Shown here: in pieces, positions 20,226 through 29,153 of the stretch
Position numbering within the stretch: the stretch's first letter is position 1
Layout: each line of letters opens with the position of its first letter
The notes under the pieces: generated by a model
What the model was told of the DNA's origin: nothing
The model's input: the letters and a program-made list of their open reading frames with translations, nothing else
Databases searched by the model: none
Made by a program: the position numbers and the translations under genes
DNA from: Bradymonadia bacterium
GTDB lineage: Bacteria > Myxococcota_A > Bradymonadia > UBA7976 > UBA1532
DNA: 52,031 nucleotides
Direction of reading: 5' to 3'
Assembly: GCA_046290225.1 (NCBI GenBank)
Contig: JBKAGE010000010.1
Coordinates: 1 to 52,031 of the forward strand

Positions 20226-21837
20226 ACCCGCTGATGCTTCAGCACCCGATGAGCCCGCACCACCGACGCTGACCTGGCCTCAGGTCCTCAGCGAGCTCGC
20301 CCGTACAGGCCGCGTCGAGGGTGCGATCATCACCCGGGCTCTGCCCCGCCCTGATCTCTCTGACGAAGAGACCGCCACCCGCTCCATGCGAGGGCCCAAG
20401 GCCGGCCTCACACCTCAACCCGCAGCAGGCAGCGCTCAAAGCCCCGACACCTCTGCCGAGGCCTCGGAGCCTGCTCAAGGGCCACGGCATCGCTCCAAAA
20501 AAGCCCGCCGTGCCGCAGCGGATAAGGCACGACACGCCGCCGAGACTGAAGAGAAGAAAGCCCTCAAGGCCGCCCAACATCCCGAGCCCCCCCCAGGACC
20601 ACCGCAGTTCAACCGTCCGGCGGTGCTCAAGCGGTGCGTCATCGAAGGGGTCGCCGACTTCTCGGGGCTCACCTTTGAGCACGACATCGACTTCGACGGG
20701 TGTCACTTCAAGAACAAGGTGCACTTCAAAGGGTGCACCTTCAAAGGGCAGGCGCTGTTTCGGCGGGTCACCTTCGACCAGGGCGCCGACTTCATCGGCG
20801 GCGTCTTCGAGAACAACGTGCACTTCAACAGCGCGAAGTTCAAACGCTATGGCGCCTTCCAGCAGACCCACTTCAAAGGCCGGGTGGTCATCTCCCAGGC
20901 CGTGTTCTCCACCGGCGCCAACTTCATCGAGGCCACCTTCGACGCCAAGGCGAGCTTCAATGGCATCCAGTGCGATCACCGCCTGCAGTGCGGCAAGGTG
21001 AAGTTCCTCGGGGGCTGCACGTTCAGCGGCGCTCGCCTCGCAGAAGTGGCCGACTTCAACGAGGTCGTCTTCGGGGATGACGGCGCCTTCAAGAGCACCC
21101 AGTTCGTCAAACGCGCCCAGTTCAAGAAGGCTGTCTTCAAAAAGGGCGCTCAGTTCCGCGGGGCCCAGAGTCAGGGCGACGCGGTCTTTGAGAAGACCCG
21201 CTTCGAGGGCGTGATCGATCTCGTGTCGATGCACAGCGAGCGCAACGTCACCTTCGAGGGGGCCGAGTTCGGTGACGAGGCTTTCTTCGCCATCCACCAC
21301 GCCCACTTCAGGCGGCTGCTGATTCGCCGCGAGCAGATCGAGGGCCGACTGGAGAGCGTGCGCACAGGTGACTTCGAAACCGCCCGCCGCGAGTTCGGCC
21401 TGCTCAAGAACTGCTGGCGGGACAACAGCGACTACACCCAGGAGGACTGGGCCTATCTGATGGAGAAGCGGATGGAGCGGCTCAAGCTGCCCACCGATAC
21501 CCCCATGCAGATGGTCCGGCGAGCGATGAACTGGTTGTTCCTCGATCTCGCCTGCGGCTATGGCACCAAACCGAAGAGCATCGCCCTCACCTCGCTGGGC
21601 ATCCTCATGGCCTTCGCGGTGCTCTTCTGGGCCAACCCCAGCCAGTTCCAGGGGGGCAAGATCACCCTGGGGCAGAGCATCCAGCTGTCGTTCCGCACCT
21701 TCACCAACGCCGAGGTCGACTCGGCTCAGCCTCTCGTGGACACGTGGCTGAATTATCTGATCATGGTGGAGTCGTTCACAGGGGTGTTCGTGATGCTGGT
21801 GCTGGTGGTGACCTTCAGCCGGAAGGTGATCCGGTAG
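20215..21837 (+). CDS. Pentapeptide-repeat protein with C-terminal two-TM ion-channel-like domain
   Basis: Long A.F..A.F pentapeptide tract, then GYGTKP-TM1, a pore-like helix SFRTFT and TM2 ending SRKVIR; 11-nt overlap with the baeRF gene. Confidence 0.85.
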   Translation: MTHKPADASAPDEPAPPTLTWPQVLSELARTGRVEGAIITRALPRPDLSDEETATRSMRGPKAGLTPQPAAGSAQSPDTSAEASEPAQGPRHRSKKARRAAADKARHAAETEEKKALKAAQHPEPPPGPPQFNRPAVLKRCVIEGVADFSGLTFEHDIDFDGCHFKNKVHFKGCTFKGQALFRRVTFDQGADFIGGVFENNVHFNSAKFKRYGAFQQTHFKGRVVISQAVFSTGANFIEATFDAKASFNGIQCDHRLQCGKVKFLGGCTFSGARLAEVADFNEVVFGDDGAFKSTQFVKRAQFKKAVFKKGAQFRGAQSQGDAVFEKTRFEGVIDLVSMHSERNVTFEGAEFGDEAFFAIHHAHFRRLLIRREQIEGRLESVRTGDFETARREFGLLKNCWRDNSDYTQEDWAYLMEKRMERLKLPTDTPMQMVRRAMNWLFLDLACGYGTKPKSIALTSLGILMAFAVLFWANPSQFQGGKITLGQSIQLSFRTFTNAEVDSAQPLVDTWLNYLIMVESFTGVFVMLVLVVTFSRKVIR

Positions 21838-21939
21838 AGCGCCGACGCACTCGCCCAACGTGACCTGTGGCCCTGGCCTTGCCAACACCACCCAAGTTGC
21901 CTACCGTCCATCCACACATGCACAGATGGGAGAGCGTCC

Positions 21940-22488
21940 GTGTCGGAGAAGAAGCGTTCCAAGGCATCGCTGGCCATGCCGTTCCTGGTCACCGCGGTCA
22001 TGGCGCCAAGCGTGAGCACTGCGCAGGACCCCCCTCGACTCAAGCAGCCCATCCGGCGCAACCCACCGCGACCCAGGCCAAAGCCCAAGCCCATCCCAAA
22101 GCCCAAGATCGAATCGATCGAGACCGACAGCGGGCGCATCACCCGAAGGCAGAACGGCACATGCTGGCAATCATCCAGCATGAAGTGCCCCGAAGGGGCG
22201 CGGTGCAACCCACCACCGCCGCGCCCGGTCACCTGCCCCCCTGAGCTGTCGCTGGGATTGCCCACGCAGATCAAACAGGGTGAGTCCACCATCTGGCGCC
22301 TGCCGAACGGCCAGTGCGAGCAGATGTTCAACGTGAAGTGCCCTGAGGGTGCGCTGTGTAACCCACCGCCGCCTCAGCCCGTCACCTGCCCCGATCCGCT
22401 GTTGCCGCCACATATGCGCAAGCAACCCGAAGCGCCCAGCAACCAGAAGTTCGCTCCTCCGCCTCCAGGCACCCCTTCGGAGCAGTGA
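21940..22488 (+). CDS. Secreted Pro/Cys-rich protein with two CPEGAxCNPPPPxPVTCP repeats
   Basis: GTG start with GGGAG; signal-like N-terminus; two 4-Cys repeats 51 aa apart. Confidence 0.8.
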   Translation: MSEKKRSKASLAMPFLVTAVMAPSVSTAQDPPRLKQPIRRNPPRPRPKPKPIPKPKIESIETDSGRITRRQNGTCWQSSSMKCPEGARCNPPPPRPVTCPPELSLGLPTQIKQGESTIWRLPNGQCEQMFNVKCPEGALCNPPPPQPVTCPDPLLPPHMRKQPEAPSNQKFAPPPPGTPSEQ

Positions 22489-22491
22489 CGC

Positions 22492-23193
22492 ATGTCCACG
22501 CCGCCCGCCTCCGAGCGTGTGCAGGTGGAGTGGGCCCGGCGGGTCGAAGCCGAGTATCGCTCCAGCGCCATCACCCAACATCTGACCTTGTGGCTCACCC
22601 AGATCGGCGCTTCGCCTGATCTGATCCGGGCGGGCCTCGTCATCGCCGAGGACGAGCTCGTACACGCCGAGATGAGCCATCAAGTGCTGCTCAACGCCGG
22701 TGGCGCGCTCCCTGGTCCTCTCGATCGCCAGAGCCTCGGGCTCCAGGCCCGTGGTGGCCCCCTCGAGCACGATGTGTTGCGGGTGGTCATCGATGTGTTC
22801 TGCCTGGGTGAGACGGTGGCTGTGCCCCTGTTCAGCGCGCTGAGGGCCGAATGCACAGTGCCTTCAGCCCGTGCTTGCCTCGACCGCGTACTCGTCGACG
22901 AGGTCCGTCACCGCGCCTTTGGCTGGGATGCACTCACATGGCTCGTCGAAGCGCACCCTCAAGGCGACACATTCCAGAGCCTGGCGGCACGGATACTGCC
23001 CGAGTTGCTCACTCGTGTGGCAGGGCATTACAGCGATCGCGGTGAGCCCGCGATGACCGACGACGAATGTGCGTGGGGGTTGATGCATTCGAGCCGGTAC
23101 GCCGAGATCCTCCAGCGCACATGGCGCCGAGACTATCAGCCACGATTCGCTCAGCTCGGGATAGACGTTACAGATTCGCCAGCTGAAGCTTGA
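22492..23193 (+). CDS. Ferritin-like di-iron domain protein
   Basis: EAEYRS, EDELVH, GETVA, DEVRH form two E...DExxH sets; starts 3 nt after the previous stop. Confidence 0.85.
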   Translation: MSTPPASERVQVEWARRVEAEYRSSAITQHLTLWLTQIGASPDLIRAGLVIAEDELVHAEMSHQVLLNAGGALPGPLDRQSLGLQARGGPLEHDVLRVVIDVFCLGETVAVPLFSALRAECTVPSARACLDRVLVDEVRHRAFGWDALTWLVEAHPQGDTFQSLAARILPELLTRVAGHYSDRGEPAMTDDECAWGLMHSSRYAEILQRTWRRDYQPRFAQLGIDVTDSPAEA

Positions 23194-23911
23194 GCGTATA
23201 GGCGGTGAGCGCCTCGACCGCTTCGTCCTCCATCGCCGTAAAGTTCACAGCGATGCGATGGGTCGGTGGAGCTGCGACGCCATCGGCTGACTTCTGTTGC
23301 TCGGGATCGATGGGTGCCGCCCGTACGAGCCGGCCTGCCACGCGGTAGCGACGGGCGTCACTGCCCACGGCCATCCAGCCGAGGAACACATCCCCAGGCA
23401 TACCCGGGGGCTCATCCCCTTCGTAGGCATCCTCGAAACACAACCCCGTGACGCTGAAGTTCATCAGCGGATCAGGCGAGCGCCATGTGTCGTCGGGGGC
23501 AGGCATGCCCAGCTCCACCCACTGCTCACCGAGCGCTTCGGCCTCAGCATCGTCAGCGGCGATGATCGTATAGGTCAGAGGCACCCCACCCATCAGGCGG
23601 GGATAGACCCGCCGCTCGGGCAAGCGCGTGCGACGCTTCCTGATCTCGAACCCGCCGGGCCAGTTCCGAGTCACGTCGCCGGAGTGACGCTCGCCGCCGC
23701 CTTTGCGCAGGTTGAGCACGATGCGCGTACCCACCGCCGGAGGCGGCGAGTCTGCCTCGTCGAAGACCACCTCCAGATACTCTCCACGAGATTCCCGGAT
23801 GCGGCCCGTACTGGTCCGCCAGCCCGGAGTGCCGAGATCGATCACGTCGACTGGCGCCCCCTGGGCCTGTGCATCATCCAACAACAAGGGGAAGGTGATC
23901 ACGTTATCCAC
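23168..23911 (-). CDS. PilZ domain protein (c-di-GMP binding)
   Basis: ERRVYPR (RxxxR) and NFSVTG (D/NxSxxG). Start uncertain (23911 or 23965). Confidence 0.75.
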   Translation of the reverse strand: MDNVITFPLLLDDAQAQGAPVDVIDLGTPGWRTSTGRIRESRGEYLEVVFDEADSPPPAVGTRIVLNLRKGGGERHSGDVTRNWPGGFEIRKRRTRLPERRVYPRLMGGVPLTYTIIAADDAEAEALGEQWVELGMPAPDDTWRSPDPLMNFSVTGLCFEDAYEGDEPPGMPGDVFLGWMAVGSDARRYRVAGRLVRAAPIDPEQQKSADGVAAPPTHRIAVNFTAMEDEAVEALTAYTLKLQLANL

Positions 23912-24174
23912 CTTGCCGACCCTCGAGGCACCCCCGAGGGGCCCTCGGTTTGGCCCGCCGTGCACACATGCCCAGAACGAGACACGCGCTCACCTGACGA
24001 GCACAGGTTCCAGGTGCAGACAGAAGCGGCGGGCCTCCAGAAGGCCTGCTCATCTTCGATCTGCTCCATCTGACAAGATGGGCTACGGTGTAGATCGGGG
24101 TCGGCTTTAAGGGGCAGGCCCAACTGGGTCATGCCGATGCGTCGTGTGGACCCACCCCTCCGGGCTCGATGTGC

Positions 24175-25341
24175 TCAATGGGCAAAAGCGGCGTGATACC
24201 CGTCATCTTCAACGGCGAGGGCCGCGGCGGTGGGCACCAGCGGGTGCACAACGTCGAGCATCACGGCGAGCTCGTCGGTGCTGCGGTGGCCGATGCTGGC
24301 CTCGTATGCCCCAGGGTGAGGGCCATGGGGGATCCCCGCAGGGTGATGGGAGATGCTCCCGGGGCCCACGCCCTTGCGAGATGTGAAGTTGCCTCGGCAG
24401 TAGAACAAGAACTCGTCTACATCGACTGAGGAGTGTGGGTAGGGGCAAGGGATCGCCTCGGGGTGGAAATCCACGGCTCGGGGCACGAAGCTGCACACCA
24501 GCCCCCCGCGGATGGCGAAGGTGCCATGCCACGTGGGCGGCAAATGCACCAAGCCCGCCCGGGGCTGGAAGTTCAGGATCGGGAACGCCCACGGGTACAT
24601 GGAGCCATCCCAGCCCACCACATCGAGGGGGGCGTGATGGTACAGCTGGCCGTGGAACCGCCCCTGACGCTTCACCACAGTGTGGCGGATGCCCTCATCC
24701 AAGGGCCCCACGAAGGTGGGTCGGCGGAAGTCACGGTGGCAGTACGGCGCGTCCATCGTGAGCTGACCCAGGGCGTTGCGCCACTGCTTGAGCAGGCCCA
24801 ACCCACCGAGGCACTCCATCGACAGCCAGTATTGCTTCACCCCCTCGTCGGGGATCATCCGGTGCAGCAGCCCCTTGGGCACATAGACATAGTCGAAGGC
24901 CTCGAAGCGCACGTCACCGAGCACGGTGCGGCACACCCCAGAGCCTTCGAAGATGAAGTACAGCTCGTCAGCATCGCCGTTGACGAAGTACACCGGATCC
25001 GCGGCGTCGGGGTGCAGGACCGAGATGACCACGTCGGGGTTGTGCAGCAAAGGCACTCGACAGTCGATGGGGGCGCCACCTGTGGGGGTCATCTTCTGCG
25101 ACAGATAGTGCCGACGGGCCAGCAAGCGCTCGTCGATCTGCCCTGCGGCGGGCACCGCCCAACCATGACGCGTATGCTCCACCTGCGCTGTGTGGGGCCG
25201 GTGGGTGTGGTAGGCGATCGTGTAGCCGCCGTCGAAGCCCTCGCGGGTGATGCACTCTTCGTGACGCAGAGCGCCGTCGGGGCCCCTGAAGGCGATGTGG
25301 TGCTTGGCGGGATACTCCCCCGCCGCCATGCGGTCGAGCAT
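24175..25341 (-). CDS. hmgA: Homogentisate 1,2-dioxygenase
   Basis: HAPLDVVGWDG, VHLPPTWH, CSFVPR..DFHP.AIPCPYPHS, GIPHGPHPG; within the tyrosine catabolism cluster. Confidence 0.93.
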   Translation of the reverse strand: MLDRMAAGEYPAKHHIAFRGPDGALRHEECITREGFDGGYTIAYHTHRPHTAQVEHTRHGWAVPAAGQIDERLLARRHYLSQKMTPTGGAPIDCRVPLLHNPDVVISVLHPDAADPVYFVNGDADELYFIFEGSGVCRTVLGDVRFEAFDYVYVPKGLLHRMIPDEGVKQYWLSMECLGGLGLLKQWRNALGQLTMDAPYCHRDFRRPTFVGPLDEGIRHTVVKRQGRFHGQLYHHAPLDVVGWDGSMYPWAFPILNFQPRAGLVHLPPTWHGTFAIRGGLVCSFVPRAVDFHPEAIPCPYPHSSVDVDEFLFYCRGNFTSRKGVGPGSISHHPAGIPHGPHPGAYEASIGHRSTDELAVMLDVVHPLVPTAAALAVEDDGYHAAFAH

Positions 25342-26504
25342 CAGAGACGACCCTCGGACCGCTGCTGACGCTCGATGCTCTCGAAGAGGGCGCGGAAGTT
25401 CCCGGCGCCGAAGCCGTTGTCACCCTTGCGCTGGATGATCTCGAAGAAGAAGGGGCCCGCCTCCGGGTCGTTGTGCATGCCTGCAGCGTCTTTCAGGAAG
25501 ATCTGCAGCATGTACTGACGGTTGGCGTCACCATCGACGAGGATCTGCAGCTCGCGCAGGATGGCGTGATCTTCTTCGATCTCTTCGACGCCGATGGTCT
25601 TCAAGCGCTCGGGGAGCATGTCGTAGTAGGTGCCCGGCGTGGGCATGAACTGCACACCCCGCTCACGCATCTGCCGCACGGCGGTGATGATGTCGCCCAC
25701 CACCAGGGCGGTGTGCTGCACCCCGGCGCCGCGGTGATCTTCGGCGAACAGGTTGATCTGGCTGTCCTTGAAGAAGGGTGAGGCGGGCTCGTTGTTGGCG
25801 AATTTCACCCCGGAGTGCGGGTCGAACATCACCACCGACTTCAGGCCTGAGCCATGATCCTGCTTCTCGGTCACGTCGACAGTGTGGAACTCCACATCCC
25901 AGTACTGCTTGAAGCCGAGCACGTGCTGCATCCACAGCAGGGCGGGCTTCATGGTGGGGAAGTTCGAGGTCACGTGATCGATGTGGGTGAAGCCAAAGCG
26001 GTTCTGGCCGCCCTTGGGGGTCTCGTGGGCTACGAAGCCCGGGAACTGAGCCGTGTAACCCTTTCGCTCCACGAAGCGGAAGGTGGTGTCACCGAACGGT
26101 GTGGTGATGGAGAAGGTGGCCAGGGTGCCCCCAGCATCTTCGAACCGCTCGATCTCGGTGATGAAGGTGCCGCCACGCTCGTCGAGCAGCTTATAGGCCA
26201 CCTCAGCGTCTTCCACCTCGAAGATGACGGTGCCTACGCCCTCAGGGTGCTTGCGCAGGAACCGCCACGCCCGGCCGCCCTCGCCGATGGGCTGAATGAG
26301 GGTGTAGGTGCAGTCGCCGGCCTGGAACACCACCGCCCGCTGACGGCCTCGCTCGTTCATCTCGGTGCTGCTCTCGCCGATCTCGGCGAAGTCGAGCTGG
26401 TCGACGAGCAGATGACGCGTGCGCTCGAGATCGTGCACGTAATAGTTGAGGGCCTCGATGCGCTTGATGCCGAGGGGGGCGAGATCAGCAGTCTGGCTGG
26501 ACAT
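25341..26504 (-). CDS. hppD: 4-hydroxyphenylpyruvate dioxygenase
   Basis: IDHVTSN, SQI..F..DHRGAGVQH, LQIF, FFEIIQRKG..GFGAGNFRALFESIE. Confidence 0.95.
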   Translation of the reverse strand: MSSQTADLAPLGIKRIEALNYYVHDLERTRHLLVDQLDFAEIGESSTEMNERGRQRAVVFQAGDCTYTLIQPIGEGGRAWRFLRKHPEGVGTVIFEVEDAEVAYKLLDERGGTFITEIERFEDAGGTLATFSITTPFGDTTFRFVERKGYTAQFPGFVAHETPKGGQNRFGFTHIDHVTSNFPTMKPALLWMQHVLGFKQYWDVEFHTVDVTEKQDHGSGLKSVVMFDPHSGVKFANNEPASPFFKDSQINLFAEDHRGAGVQHTALVVGDIITAVRQMRERGVQFMPTPGTYYDMLPERLKTIGVEEIEEDHAILRELQILVDGDANRQYMLQIFLKDAAGMHNDPEAGPFFFEIIQRKGDNGFGAGNFRALFESIERQQRSEGRL

Positions 26505-26639
26505 GGCAGTGACTCCATACGGTCAAACCCCACATGGGTGGGGGTGGGTCGAATATCTCGGATCGGCGTCGCACCATTCACGATGTGTGCCGCCGGTGGG
26601 ATGCTCGGGCAGGCGTGGGCCGGTGATCAGGCCTTGAGG

Positions 26640-27323
26640 TCAGGCCTTGGGCTGGGCGTCTGGCTGAGCGTCCGGATGCGCGGCCTCGAAAGCGGGCAGC
26701 GCAGACAGCGCGGCGTCCACCCGGGTGAGGGTGGGCATGGTCGTGAGATCGACCCCGAAACGCCGAGCATTATACATCTGTGGCACCAGACACAGATCAG
26801 CAAAAGAGACGGTGTCACCGACCAGATACTCTCCGGCGGTGTGCGCCACGGCCTGTTCGAGGGCCTGGAGGCCCCGGCCGATGGCCCAGCGCGCCCACTC
26901 CACACGATCGCCGCCGAGCGTGTCGGACACCCGCAGCAACACCGTGAGGTTCTGCACAGGCTGGATGCCGCTGTTCACCATCTCGGCGAGCTGGCGCGCT
27001 CTGGCCCGAGTGACAGGATGCTCCGGGAGCAGCGCCTGGCCCCCGCCCACCTGCTCGAGGAACTCGAGGATGGCCACGGACTGCGACAACGTGAAGGCTT
27101 CACCGCCGAGGGTGCCCGTGAGCACAGGCACCTGCCCCATGGGGTTCCGAGCGAGGTGCTCGGCAGAGTACTGCTGCCCGCCATCCTTTACGAGGTGCAC
27201 AGGCACGTTCTCGAAGGGCAGGCCCTTCAAGTGCAGCGCGAGGCGCACCCGCCACGCTGAAGAGCTGCGCCAGTACCCGTAGAGAGTCAGCTCGCCGAGG
27301 CCTTGTGGCGCTGTGTCGCTCAC
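26640..27323 (-). CDS. maiA: Maleylacetoacetate isomerase (GST zeta class)
   Basis: LYGYWRSSSAWRVRLAL.LKG, SGIQPVQN, ADLCLVPQMYNARRF, AHPDAQPD. Confidence 0.95.
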   Translation of the reverse strand: MSDTAPQGLGELTLYGYWRSSSAWRVRLALHLKGLPFENVPVHLVKDGGQQYSAEHLARNPMGQVPVLTGTLGGEAFTLSQSVAILEFLEQVGGGQALLPEHPVTRARARQLAEMVNSGIQPVQNLTVLLRVSDTLGGDRVEWARWAIGRGLQALEQAVAHTAGEYLVGDTVSFADLCLVPQMYNARRFGVDLTTMPTLTRVDAALSALPAFEAAHPDAQPDAQPKA

Positions 27324-28297
27324 GGGGCCACCACGGTCTGCTCGATGACGCCGAACAGGCTGCGGCCCTGGGCATCTTTCATCTCGATGCGCACCCGATC
27401 GCCCACCTTCAGGAACTGCGTGGTGGGCTTGCCGTCGGCGATGATCTCCCGCATGCGGCGCTCGGCGAGGCAGGACACGCCGGCGGTCTCGTCGACGTTG
27501 GACACAGTGCCGCTGCCGAGGATGGTGCCCGCGGTGAAGGCCCGGGTCTGGGTGATGTGAGCGATGAGATCGTTGAAGGAGAAGTGCATCTCAGGGCCCG
27601 CGGCCACGTCACCGGCCACCTCACCGTTGAGCTCGGTGACGAGGTTCAGGTGCACTCGACCACCGGACCAGGACTCGCCGAGCTCGTCGGGGGTGATGGC
27701 CAGAGGGGCGAAGCCTGTGGCGGGCTTGCTGGTGAAGAAGCCAAAGCCCTTGGCGAGCTCCGCGGGGATACGGTTGCGCAAGGTGACGTCGTTGCACAGG
27801 GTAAGCAGCTTCACGTGCTCGCTGGCGCTCTCCTGAGTCACCCCACGGGGGGTGTCGCCGAGAATGACACAAATCTCCGCCTCGAAGTCGAGGCCCCACT
27901 CGGGGTTCACCAGGGGGATGTCGTCGGTGGGGCCCAACAACACGCCGCTGCCGCCCTGGTAGACCAGAGGATCGGTCTCGAGGGTGGCGGGGGGCTCGGC
28001 GTTGCGGGCCTTGCGCACCAGCACGATGTGGTTGATGTAGGCCGAGCCGTCCACCCACTCGTAGGCCCGGGGCAGCGGAGCGTGGAACTTGGAGAAGTCC
28101 ACGGCCTCGCCGGCGATCTCACCAGAGTCGAGCTTCGCAGCGAGGGCCCGGAGGGCGGGCTCGGCGGTGGCCCAGGCGTCGAGGGCGCTCTGCATCGTCG
28201 GGGCGATGTCGGTGGCGGGGGTGTAGACCGCGTTGTCTCCACGAACCACCACCAGGGTGCCGTCACGGGTGCCGTCTTTCAAAGTGCCGAGCTTCAT
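27320..28297 (-). CDS. fahA: Fumarylacetoacetate hydrolase family protein (probable fumarylacetoacetase)
   Basis: MKLGTLKDGTRDG, PLPRAYEW.DGSAY, DFEAE, LCNDVTLRN, GSGTVSN; overlaps maiA by 4 nt. Symbol assigned from pathway context. Confidence 0.85.
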   Translation of the reverse strand: MKLGTLKDGTRDGTLVVVRGDNAVYTPATDIAPTMQSALDAWATAEPALRALAAKLDSGEIAGEAVDFSKFHAPLPRAYEWVDGSAYINHIVLVRKARNAEPPATLETDPLVYQGGSGVLLGPTDDIPLVNPEWGLDFEAEICVILGDTPRGVTQESASEHVKLLTLCNDVTLRNRIPAELAKGFGFFTSKPATGFAPLAITPDELGESWSGGRVHLNLVTELNGEVAGDVAAGPEMHFSFNDLIAHITQTRAFTAGTILGSGTVSNVDETAGVSCLAERRMREIIADGKPTTQFLKVGDRVRIEMKDAQGRSLFGVIEQTVVAP

Positions 28298-28401
28298 CGC
28301 GCCTCCATGCCTGAGTGGCGCGCCCACGCTGGGGCGCGCCTGTCATTGATGGGGGCACTTATCACGCGTTTTCAATGGAGAGACAAGACCTGTGGTGCTG
28401 G

Positions 28402-28848
28402 TCAGACCGGACGGTAGACGTACGGATGGCGTGGGGTGGCCAGACGGGCGAGGGCCTCTTGAAGCTCACGACTGCGCCTGCGCTCTTTGCGCAGCGCCTG
28501 ACGCGCGGCACGCTTCTTCGCCGGGTGCACGTAGCGCAGGCGTCTCTTCAGGCGCTGCTGGCGCAGCTGTGAGTCTCTCAGCTCTTGCTGTAGGTAGAGC
28601 CGCTTTGCCAGCCGGCGAGCTTTGATGGCCTTGACGCGATTTCGACGGGCGTGAGTGGGCTTTGCTTGCCGCGCCGCACGCTGCGGACCCACGTCGACGT
28701 AGACGTTCACTGGTGCCTCTACCCGCGCTCGGCGGTCAGCGCCTCGGCGGGACCCATCATCGCCCCGTTGAGCGAGGGCAGGGCCAGCGAAGGCGACGCC
28801 GGCGAGGGTGATCAGGGCGAGCAGACTGCGAGGGTTGATGCGCTTCAT
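28402..28848 (-). CDS. Small secreted basic hypothetical protein
   Basis: AGGAG RBS; signal peptide MKRINPRSLLALITLAGVAFAGPALA; Arg-rich helical body. Confidence 0.7.
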   Translation of the reverse strand: MKRINPRSLLALITLAGVAFAGPALAQRGDDGSRRGADRRARVEAPVNVYVDVGPQRAARQAKPTHARRNRVKAIKARRLAKRLYLQQELRDSQLRQQRLKRRLRYVHPAKKRAARQALRKERRRSRELQEALARLATPRHPYVYRPV

Positions 28849-28918
28849 GGGTTCATCTCCTGTCATGCGTAGATGTATTTCTTTGTCGGAGCATCTCTCC
28901 GACGACGCCCTGAAGTAG

Positions 28919-28934
28919 AGCAGCCCGTATGCCA
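28919..28934 (-). promoter_or_regulatory. Candidate sigma54 (-24/-12) promoter
   Basis: Minus strand TGGCATACGGGCTGCT has GG-N10-GC, about 70 nt upstream of ATG28848; a leader hairpin follows (28885-28903). Confidence 0.45.
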
Positions 28935-29153
28935 AAGACGGCACCCCAATCATTTCAACCCCTTACCCCAACATGTGCACATCGACGCGTGTGCACTCGT
29001 GCAGAGATTGCACACAGGCGCAGCGCACAGGTGAAAAGACTGCACGAGGGCCGCATGGGCAGCGCCTCCAGTGACGCGGGATGGTCTATCCCTGGTCAGG
29101 TGGGATCCGTTACGATGCCACCGCTCAACACAGAACAGCTGGCCGGAGCCCCC

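Noticed and set aside
21556..21564. GYG tripeptide taken as the K+ channel filter
   Set aside because: It precedes the first TM helix; the filter position between the helices reads TNAEVD.
10438..21891. Long minus-strand ORFs (508, 699, 682, 417 and 550 aa) opposite the MoxR operon
   Set aside because: Antisense shadows of high-GC3 genes with no motifs; the plus-strand frames carry the recognisable families. The same applies to most overlapping ORFs in the track.
26550..26610. Imperfect long stem-loop between maiA and hppD
   Set aside because: Many mismatches, no U-tract and no riboswitch signature; not distinguishable from chance at this GC content.
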